The position numbers and the translations under genes are program-made. From the IMG/VR virus record IMGVR_UViG_3300037440_000362, positions 1 through 42,546 of that record: a stretch of 42,546 nucleotides of DNA; one strand, given 5' to 3'. Positions within the stretch are counted from its first letter, which is position 1, and each line of letters begins with the position of its first letter. The stretch is from a virus. Taxonomy: Duplodnaviria > Caudoviricetes. Positions 8,365 to 14,746 of this stretch are shown piece by piece. The notes below the pieces were generated by a model. It was given only the letters and a program-made list of their open reading frames with translations. It did no database searches and was not told where the DNA came from.

Positions 8365-8999
8365 TAGAAGGCTCCTTCGATGGCGACGGAGCAATTCCAA
8401 GACTCGACCCCGTGCGCGGAATCATAATCGGCGAGGTATGACTCGACACACTCGAGGTAGGCTCCGATCGCTGTGAGAGCGGCGTCGGGGCCATCCTCAA
8501 ACATGGGGAACACTCGGCACTCCAACGTCCCGTGATCCGACCACGCGGCGTAGTTCAGCTGTCTGTAGCGCGTGTATCCTTCAATATCGTTAGTCGGGTC
8601 GAAGCTCGCGCTGCAGAACCTGTTGAATCCATCGAGCCGGCTGTTGAACAGGTCGTCACCAAGATCGTCGGCGACGGAGCGCATGGCCTGCGACCAAGCG
8701 TCATGGAAGGCAGGCTCCATGAGACGGCCGTAGTCACCAGCATCGACACTCACGTGGACATGTAGACCGCATGAGTCATTGGCGGCACCGGGCCAGAAAT
8801 CGGCGACGAATCGCTGTACCTCGCGCCACGAGTTAAGGACGGGGCTCGCGATCTCGCCAGCGTCACACGTGCACGGGTCGCACTCGAGACACTCCATATG
8901 GACGGAGCCATCCTCTTTCCATCCCAGTGTGGACATGCCGCGGGGCCAGTCCGCTCCTTCCAACTCGACTCCGACACCTTGAATCCGAGTGAAGATCAC
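8364..8999 (-). CDS. Putative amidoligase (COOH-NH2 ligase, Amidoligase_2-like)
   Basis: GVELE, EDGS, EIASP, SCGLHVHV, RYRQLN, GTLECRVF. Confidence 0.85.
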   Translation of the reverse strand: MIFTRIQGVGVELEGADWPRGMSTLGWKEDGSVHMECLECDPCTCDAGEIASPVLNSWREVQRFVADFWPGAANDSCGLHVHVSVDAGDYGRLMEPAFHDAWSQAMRSVADDLGDDLFNSRLDGFNRFCSASFDPTNDIEGYTRYRQLNYAAWSDHGTLECRVFPMFEDGPDAALTAIGAYLECVESYLADYDSAHGVESWNCSVAIEGAF

Positions 9000-9364
9000 A
9001 GCTCGCCCCGAGTGATCGTGATCTGGGCGTCGAACGGGGTTGCATACTCACGTAGCAACTTGGTCGCAGTCCGCTTCAGTCCCTCGGCGAGAGCCTCGAG
9101 GCGACTGGCAGGGAGCGGCGACTCCAGGGTTACAGAGACCCCATCGGCGAGTGCGGCCGTCCACAACCCGTCGGGCGATCCCACGTTCCTGGTTTCACTG
9201 TAGAACACGTCATTGGCTGTGTAGGTCAACCCGGGTTGGGTCTGAAACAAGCGACCGAGCGCATCCGACTGCGCCTTGATCGTCACTCCGACTTTGTCGC
9301 GGGTGATCTGAGCGGAGAAAACTTCCTTGCGTGCCATAGGGCGGCTCCTTGGTTTGAATCCCAT
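8996..9364 (-). CDS. Hypothetical protein, first gene of the amidoligase operon
   Basis: GAGGT RBS; GTGA-coupled to the amidoligase. Confidence 0.65.
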   Translation of the reverse strand: MGFKPRSRPMARKEVFSAQITRDKVGVTIKAQSDALGRLFQTQPGLTYTANDVFYSETRNVGSPDGLWTAALADGVSVTLESPLPASRLEALAEGLKRTATKLLREYATPFDAQITITRGEL

Positions 9365-9402
9365 CGGTTACCTCGGGATCGGGTTAGGGTTGCCCTCGGT
9401 AT

Positions 9403-9418
9403 AGCAGGGTCCGTGCCG
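9403..9418 (-). promoter_or_regulatory. Sigma54-like element (overlapping an extended -10-like TGCTATACC) upstream of the amidoligase operon
   Basis: CGGCACGGACCCTGCT, GG-N10-GC, about 40 nt before the ATG at 9364. Confidence 0.45.
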
Positions 9419-9494
9419 CTTGTATAGCGCATTGCGATCGCGGAGTTATGGCAGATCGGGTGTGACATGTTGGCGCGGTGGGGAGTGTTGGGTA

Positions 9495-9524
9495 TGGACA
9501 AGTGACCCCACATCGTGCTATGCT
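9495..9524 (+). promoter_or_regulatory. Sigma70-type rightward promoter
   Basis: TGGACA, 18 bp spacer, TATGCT, with extended -10 TGc. Confidence 0.6.
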
Positions 9525-9530
9525 CAGATC

Positions 9531-9632
9531 ATGAGCCGCAGATCAACCCGTCGGGGGCGGAGTACCTGGGGAGCACTCGCCGACTTCGCCCGCCCCCGAC
9601 ATCTGCGCAGCCTCTACCGCGCGCCCGGCTCA
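9531..9632 (+). ncRNA. Candidate ~100-nt structured RNA or leader
   Basis: TGAGCCG(9532-38)/CGGCTCA(9626-32), CAGAT/ATCTG and a perfect 11-bp GTCGGGGGCGG(9550-60)/CCGCCCCCGAC(9590-600); begins at the predicted TSS. Confidence 0.5.
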
Positions 9633-9641
9633 GGCTTGACT

Positions 9642-9722
9642 AGGTGTTTTAGATAGGTCCGCCGCGGCCCGCTCTTGTACAGGCGTTTTAGACAGATCCG
9701 CCTAGGACTAAGGTGGTTTAGA
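9642..9722 (+). repeat. Three direct repeats AGGYGKTTTAGA (operator-like)
   Basis: AGGTGTTTTAGA 9642, AGGCGTTTTAGA 9681, AGGTGGTTTAGA 9711. The first two extend as (T/C)AG(G/A)TCCGCC. Confidence 0.7.
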
Positions 9723-9736
9723 TTGAAGGAGGGTTA

Positions 9737-10360
9737 GTGTCTCTTTTGTTTAGCGACAGCCGACTCCCGACAAGGTTCTGGGACAAGGTTAGGGAGTCAG
9801 AGGGCGGGTGTTGGGAGTGGACGGCGTGCAAGACGGGGGACGGGTATGGGCAGTTCATGCAGGGCCGGCAGTCCATGCACGGTAGGCGAAGCTTGGGGGC
9901 GCACCGGGCGGCCTACGAGGTGCTTGTCGGCGTTATCCCGGCGGGGCTTGATCTAGACCACCTGTGTCGTAATCGTTCTTGCGTCAACCCGGAGCACCTG
10001 GAGCCGGTAACACACCAGGAAAATATCCGGCGGAGTAGGACGGAGCGCATCCTCACAGGTGACTTAGAACAATCCGCTGTGTATACTAGCGGGGCACAAC
10101 CAGCTACAGGTGATCTTGATATGGCAAAGAACGGAAGCTCTACTAAGACGATCCAGGTCAACGTGCGCGCCCGCGCTAGCCAGGTGGAGTACTGGAAGGA
10201 CGCGGCCGAGCTGATGGGCTACGGCGAGGGTATGTTCTCTCAGTGGGTGAAGGACACACTCAGCGACACCGCCCACCGGGCCATGCGGGACAATGACCGT
10301 CGCCGGGGACATGGAGACGGAAGCCCTCCTTTGGAGGTATCACTCCCGAATTCCAGGTAG
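9737..10360 (+). CDS. HNH endonuclease in frame with a C-terminal ribbon-helix-helix-like domain
   Basis: RFWDKV..CWEWT..GYG..AHR..Y..LDHLCRNRSCVNPEHLEPVTHQEN (HNH_3-type); no stop before the RHH-like segment. Confidence 0.85.
   Translation: MSLLFSDSRLPTRFWDKVRESEGGCWEWTACKTGDGYGQFMQGRQSMHGRRSLGAHRAAYEVLVGVIPAGLDLDHLCRNRSCVNPEHLEPVTHQENIRRSRTERILTGDLEQSAVYTSGAQPATGDLDMAKNGSSTKTIQVNVRARASQVEYWKDAAELMGYGEGMFSQWVKDTLSDTAHRAMRDNDRRRGHGDGSPPLEVSLPNSR
10121..10360 (+). CDS. Ribbon-helix-helix DNA-binding protein, probable repressor (internal start)
   Basis: ATG 10121 with AGGTGA RBS and an upstream GTGACT-17-TATACT promoter (10059-10087). IQVNVR beta strand, helix YWKDAA, G turn, then FSQWVKDTL. 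Confidence 0.6.
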   Translation: MAKNGSSTKTIQVNVRARASQVEYWKDAAELMGYGEGMFSQWVKDTLSDTAHRAMRDNDRRRGHGDGSPPLEVSLPNSR

Positions 10361-10384
10361 ATATACAATTACCAAAGAAAATGC

Positions 10385-10414
10385 TTGCACTCCGGAGTGG
10401 TTGAATGCTATTCT
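10385..10414 (+). promoter_or_regulatory. Integrase promoter
   Basis: TTGCAC, 18 bp spacer, TATTCT with TGc; the palindrome CACTCCGGAGTG (10388-10399) overlaps the -35/spacer. Confidence 0.55.
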
Positions 10415-10498
10415 GACTAGACCGTGGCAGGGAGAGACCAACTGACGTACAATCGTCGCACAGCAACTGCGCCGGCCCTACAGAAGGAGCCGAGCGAC

Positions 10499-11566
10499 AT
10501 GGAAGTGAGACGAGTCTATGGACCTTACGAAAATCGCAATCGTTGGCGGGTGGTCTTCCTGCTACACAGCGGAGAGCGCGTCTCCCGCACCTACAGCGAC
10601 CGAGAGTCCGCCATGCGGGCAGTCCGCCGCTACACCCCCGAGTCCTCCGCTCCGACGTTGTCCCAGGCTCTAGCCGACTACATGACGGACATGGAGCGTC
10701 GTGGTCTCAAGAAGACGACCCGCACCACCACGTGGCACAGGCTGCGCAAGTTGGTGGAGGGCTCAGGGGCTACTCGAGTAGACCGGTTCAGCGAGCACCA
10801 GGCCAAAGCGCTATACCAGGCCTTGGCTGAGACGACCGCGGGCGACACCGCCCTCAACACACTGAACCAGGCACGGACCTGGGGCCGGTGGTTGGTGGAC
10901 ACGCGCCGGGCGAGTACCAACCCGTGGCTGGTAGTGAAGCCGAGGGAGCGCAGGCGCAGCCGGGCCAACCGCGATCAGCTACGCGTTGACGAGCTTCGCA
11001 AGTTGACGGCGGTGTGCTTCGACGAACTGGCTGAGGAGTCGAGCGAGGGCGCGCTGGCCACGTTGTGCTGCCTGTACCTGGGGCTGCGTGCGTCAGAGGT
11101 GTGTGGGCTGCGGGTGCGGGACATCGACGACGGTGCGCGCCTGCTTTGGGTGGCGGACAGCAAGACCGACGCAGGTCGGAGGCTGCTCGAGGTGCCCGAG
11201 GTGCTCCAGCCCTCGCTGGTGGTGGCGTGCGCGGGGAAGCGACCTTCGGATAGCGTGCTCAGCCTGTCCCGGTACGGTGTCTACTACCACGTCAAGCGTC
11301 TGTGTAAGGCTGCTGGCGTGCCCGAGAAGGGCCCCCACAGTCTGCGGGGTAGCCACTCCACCCTCGCCATGTCGGCGGGCGCTACGGGGCAGCAGGCAGC
11401 GCAGGCGCTCGGTCACACCTCGGAGGCGGTTACCTTCCGCCACTACGTCGAGGCCGGCACAGTGGACCGCAAGAAGGTTGAGCAGGTGGCGCAGCGTGTG
11501 GGCGGGAAAAACACCCCGCCGGTCGTTCCCCGCTTCACCGTCATCGAGGGCGGGCTTGGTAAGTAG
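10499..11566 (+). CDS. int: Tyrosine integrase
   Basis: ATG 10499 with AAGGAG RBS; catalytic R (GLRASE), K (SKT), HxxR (HSLR), H (LGHT), Y (RHY). Confidence 0.93.
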   Translation: MEVRRVYGPYENRNRWRVVFLLHSGERVSRTYSDRESAMRAVRRYTPESSAPTLSQALADYMTDMERRGLKKTTRTTTWHRLRKLVEGSGATRVDRFSEHQAKALYQALAETTAGDTALNTLNQARTWGRWLVDTRRASTNPWLVVKPRERRRSRANRDQLRVDELRKLTAVCFDELAEESSEGALATLCCLYLGLRASEVCGLRVRDIDDGARLLWVADSKTDAGRRLLEVPEVLQPSLVVACAGKRPSDSVLSLSRYGVYYHVKRLCKAAGVPEKGPHSLRGSHSTLAMSAGATGQQAAQALGHTSEAVTFRHYVEAGTVDRKKVEQVAQRVGGKNTPPVVPRFTVIEGGLGK

Positions 11567-11574
11567 TTGGAATC

Positions 11575-11633
11575 GGTGCGAGGAGGGGGAGTCGAACCCC
11601 CACAGTGTCTCCACCACTAGATCCTTAGTCTAG
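11575..11633 (-). other. attP core: 3' part of a tRNA-Leu (anticodon arm, long variable arm, T arm, acceptor strand)
   Basis: CTAGA-CTAAGGA-TCTAG TGGTGGAGACACTGT GGGGG-TTCGACT-CCCCC TCCTCGC ACC. No D arm or 5' acceptor strand upstream; lies 8 nt past the int stop. Confidence 0.85.
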
Positions 11634-11750
11634 GCAGTTTCGGAAAATTCGGTGTAATTCAATCAGGTTGCCGGGCGTTCGAGTCGTCATTTTTCCACTG
11701 GCGGCGCAGTTGCTGAGAACGCCACGGTTTCCTGGGGAAGAGGGGCAAGG

Positions 11751-11954
11751 ATGGAGAAGTACCCGGTGTGGTTGCTCGACGCTTACGACGGCGGCGGGCT
11801 CGAGGCGGTGAACGCCCGGGTCAACCAGTTGCAAGCCGACGAGCGAGACAGGTGTCTGCGCGTTCTACAGGAGGCTGCGGGACCCCTTCCGAGAGACCCG
11901 GCGGTGGCCGAGCTGTTGCGCCGCGCCCTGCCCCGGATCGTAAGCGGAGCCTAG
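11751..11954 (+). CDS. Hypothetical protein (67 aa)
   Basis: Purine-rich RBS; first ORF after attP. Confidence 0.6.
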   Translation: MEKYPVWLLDAYDGGGLEAVNARVNQLQADERDRCLRVLQEAAGPLPRDPAVAELLRRALPRIVSGA

Positions 11955-11956
11955 CT

Positions 11957-12154
11957 GTGGACCCTTCATACATCTGGAGAGAATGCTTTGTCGCTCGCCG
12001 ACGCGCTGAGGAGTTGGGTACCGCCCTCGTCGGCCTAAAAGACGCCGTGGAGTCCGGCGACGGTGAGGCTGTTGAGTCCGCCCTGAAGGGGGCTAAGAAG
12101 GCTCTAGCCTCAGTAGAGGCTCACTTTCCAAGCAAGAAGGAGACTGACACCTAG
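11957..12154 (+). CDS. Hypothetical protein (about 65 aa)
   Basis: GTG 11957 just after the previous stop (VDPSYIWRE...). Confidence 0.55.
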   Translation: MDPSYIWRECFVARRRAEELGTALVGLKDAVESGDGEAVESALKGAKKALASVEAHFPSKKETDT

Positions 12155-12156
12155 AC

Positions 12157-12196
12157 AAAAGAAAAGCCCCGAGAGAGCTGCAACTCCCCCGGGGCA
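12157..12196 (-). terminator. Terminator-like hairpin on the antisense strand
   Basis: AAAAGAAAAGCCCCG...CTGCAAC...CGGGGC; the U-tract is on the minus strand; shares CAAAAGAAAAGCCCC with the 7148 terminator. Confidence 0.45.
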
Positions 12197-12235
12197 AGAA
12201 ACCTCCCAGAGCCCTAACCCAAGGAGAACTACATA

Positions 12236-12514
12236 GTGGCATCCGAACCCACGTCAGTCAAGTGGATGACCGAGATCAAGCGCACAAAGCGCGGTTTCGT
12301 CGCCCTTGTCCGGGGAAAATACAACATCGGCGGTCTCCCTCTGACCGTCCTGCATCGGCGCACCACGCCGTTCAAGAACCGAGCGGCGGCTGTTCAGGCT
12401 GCGGCGCACACGGTCACGGCGCTCGAGGCGGTTGCCCGGATGCCGAAGTGCAGCTGTGGGCACGTGCTCACCGAAGGGCACCCCGAGTGCGGCGGCAAGG
12501 CGGTGGCGCTGTGA
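12236..12514 (+). CDS. Hypothetical protein with C-terminal Cys/His cluster
   Basis: AAGGAG RBS; CSCGH...HPEC. Confidence 0.65.
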   Translation: MASEPTSVKWMTEIKRTKRGFVALVRGKYNIGGLPLTVLHRRTTPFKNRAAAVQAAAHTVTALEAVARMPKCSCGHVLTEGHPECGGKAVAL

Positions 12515-12816
12515 GCCGCATGACACTCGCGAAGACGTTTGAGCTGGCTGCCGCTGAGATCGAGAAGCGGGGCTGGTGCCGGGAGAGCATTGAGGACGAG
12601 TCCGGGGCAGTGTGTGCCTGGGGTGCGGTCAAGGCTGTACTCGGGGGTAGCCCTCGGTGCACAACCAGTCTCGACGCCCTGAACGCGGAGCGGTACTGGG
12701 AGGAATCCACCGGGCGGATCATGGTGGTCTGGAATGATGCTGCGGGCCGCAGCGCCGAGCAGGTGACTGCCAAGCTGAGAGAGCTGTCGATTCGAGCGAA
12801 GGAGGAGGGGCTATGA
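12511..12816 (+). CDS. Phage hypothetical protein (DUF6197-like pattern)
   Basis: GTGA overlap start; GWC...G.VCAWGA...WNDAAGRS.EQV pattern. Confidence 0.55.
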   Translation: MSRMTLAKTFELAAAEIEKRGWCRESIEDESGAVCAWGAVKAVLGGSPRCTTSLDALNAERYWEESTGRIMVVWNDAAGRSAEQVTAKLRELSIRAKEEGL

Positions 12817-13181
12817 GTATGACGATTGCGGAGATGAAGGAGAAGATTCTGGCCCGGCTGAACGACGGTAAGGGCTGTGCTGTGGACAGCTGTGGTACGT
12901 GCGTCTACCGCGACAGTGAGGGGCGAGCCTGCGCGGTGGGCTGCTTGATCCCCGACGACGTTTATGACCCTGGCGCAGAGGGGCCGACCGTGGCCAACCT
13001 GAGAATCAAGGGTGGTGCTTGGTCGGGAAGCAGCACACTGCGTTCAAATAAACTGGCCGCGATGCTCAACGCGGCGGGAATCCCCGCAACACCGGAGGTT
13101 TTTCAGTTTCTCGGTGCCTGGCAGACTCTTCACGACAGTCCGTACCACTGGGATGGAAACAAGTACGTGGGGCCGCGGTAA
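12813..13181 (+). CDS. Phage hypothetical protein
   Basis: GGAGG RBS; CVYRD..GRACAVGCLIPD motif. Confidence 0.65.
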   Translation: MSMTIAEMKEKILARLNDGKGCAVDSCGTCVYRDSEGRACAVGCLIPDDVYDPGAEGPTVANLRIKGGAWSGSSTLRSNKLAAMLNAAGIPATPEVFQFLGAWQTLHDSPYHWDGNKYVGPR

Positions 13182-13495
13182 TGGGTGATTGTCACATGCA
13201 CCTAGAGGAGGAGCGCGCTGAGCAAGCGAAGCGGACCGGGGCGGAGATTGCGCGTGATTGTCGTGTGCGCCTGAACAACGAGCGAGCGAAGAAGGTCATT
13301 GCGGTGGCAATGCTCGACGCCAAGCGGGTCGCGAATCTGCGCCTGGCCCTGGAGTCGGTCCTGGAGGTGGTGGAAGAAGCACTAGCGAACAGGTCGCAGC
13401 TCCACGTTGACGACGAGCGGTACCAGATCGCCAACACCGCGAGGCTTGCCCTGGCCTACGACGACACCGCGAGCGATGCGTCCCCTGCTGGTTGA
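13181..13495 (+). CDS. Hypothetical helical protein
   Basis: TAATG-coupled. Confidence 0.55.
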   Translation: MGDCHMHLEEERAEQAKRTGAEIARDCRVRLNNERAKKVIAVAMLDAKRVANLRLALESVLEVVEEALANRSQLHVDDERYQIANTARLALAYDDTASDASPAG

Positions 13496-14168
13496 CAGCC
13501 AGGCCAAAGCGGACTTCCTTCTAGAGTGTCTCCACGCGGTTGATGGCCCGGTAGGCGTCGATACCGAGACGCTGGGATGCAACCCCGAGGTGGAGTCTCC
13601 CATCGGGAGAGCGCGTGTGTGGTCGTTACAGCTGGCATGGGGTGAGCCGAGCAGCAAGCCCCCATCCGACTTCTACACCGCGTTCATTCCGGCTGAGTGT
13701 CTCCAGGCGTTCAAGCCGTGGCTCGAGGACGCGAGCAAGCCCAAGACAGGGTCGAGCCTGTTCTCTTACGACAGGCACGTGTTCAACAACGAGGGTATTA
13801 ACCTCGCTGGTGTCGTGGGCTGCACGTGGTTGATGAGCAAGCTACTGAACCCGGCGAAGGAAGGCCATGGCCTAAAAGACTGGGGCTACCGCCTCGGCTA
13901 CGAGCCGAAGGAGTTCCGCTCCTTTTCTACCCGCCCAAGCGGGCTAAAGGTTCGCGCCTACAAGAAGGACCGCGTAAAGGACGGCATCACGTACATCGCC
14001 GGCGCGGAGTTTCAGGGCGTGAACTACAACAAGAGGGTGATGATCCCGCTCGACGAGCTGTGGCGGGACTACCCGGAGCGCAGGGCGGCCATCGTTGAAT
14101 ACGCTGTGATGGATCCTGCGATGAGTCTTGACACGTACCACCACCTCCGAGGGGAGATGAATCGATGA
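13476..14168 (+). CDS. 3'-5' exonuclease domain of a family A DNA polymerase (stand-alone gene)
   Basis: ExoI VGVDTET; ExoII-like FSYD; LMSKLLNP..HGLK; ExoIII YAVMD; start inferred at ATG 13476. Confidence 0.85.
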   Translation: MRPLLVDSQAKADFLLECLHAVDGPVGVDTETLGCNPEVESPIGRARVWSLQLAWGEPSSKPPSDFYTAFIPAECLQAFKPWLEDASKPKTGSSLFSYDRHVFNNEGINLAGVVGCTWLMSKLLNPAKEGHGLKDWGYRLGYEPKEFRSFSTRPSGLKVRAYKKDRVKDGITYIAGAEFQGVNYNKRVMIPLDELWRDYPERRAAIVEYAVMDPAMSLDTYHHLRGEMNR

Positions 14169-14746
14169 GACTGCCCAATCCCGAGACGTACCCGATGCCC
14201 CGCCTTATGGTCACCGAGGTTCGTAACGACACCAAGACAGAGAGCAAGTACGCCAAGCGGAGGGATAAGGGCGTGCTGTGCTGGGAGCTGCTGTCGGGGC
14301 GGACCAGCGCGGTGGAGAAGAAGGCACCAAAGAAGACTGCCGAGCGGAGGCGTACCGGCCTGTGGGGCTACGACAACGACGAGCTTCGAGCCCGGCAGGC
14401 TAGGGGAGAGAGCACAAGCCCTGCGCAGGGTTGTACCTGTGACCGTTGCCACAACGCCCGGAACGAGGCCTGCAACCGCCACGTGACGAACGAGGTTGCT
14501 CCGGTCGTGAACTACGGCGACAACTACCGCGGCCCGGTCGTGAATTTCGGAGTGCCCCCACGGAACGTCTTCCGTGGGCTGAGCTACGACGCGGCCTACA
14601 TCGACGAGGCTTCGGTTGTCCCGCCCGTTGACGACGAGAACCCGCCCGAGGTGGACTGGGACCGGTGGCAGTCCGTGATGAACCGTCTGAGATACTTTGA
14701 GCCTCGCGAGGCCTACCGACTGCGCGGCGTCTTCGACATTGACTGA
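14165..14746 (+). CDS. Hypothetical protein inserted between the exonuclease and polymerase genes
   Basis: ATGA-coupled; contains CTCDRC and FRGLSYDAAYIDEA. Confidence 0.6.
   Translation: MRLPNPETYPMPRLMVTEVRNDTKTESKYAKRRDKGVLCWELLSGRTSAVEKKAPKKTAERRRTGLWGYDNDELRARQARGESTSPAQGCTCDRCHNARNEACNRHVTNEVAPVVNYGDNYRGPVVNFGVPPRNVFRGLSYDAAYIDEASVVPPVDDENPPEVDWDRWQSVMNRLRYFEPREAYRLRGVFDID

Noticed and set aside
9642-9722. Repeats as a mini-CRISPR or guide array
   Set aside because: The units are only 12-22 bp, degenerate and unevenly spaced (39 and 30 bp), with no cas genes. Operator-like sites fit better.
11575-11633. A second complete tRNA gene
   Set aside because: The D arm and the 5' acceptor strand (expected GCGAGGA) are missing; it is treated as attP.
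14150-14746. Group I intron, intein or ribosomal bypass in the polymerase; weak repeat GATGAAYCG near both ends of the insert
   Set aside because: The insert is fully occupied by a coupled ORF, no splicing motifs are visible, and the repeat is too short and degenerate to support a claim.
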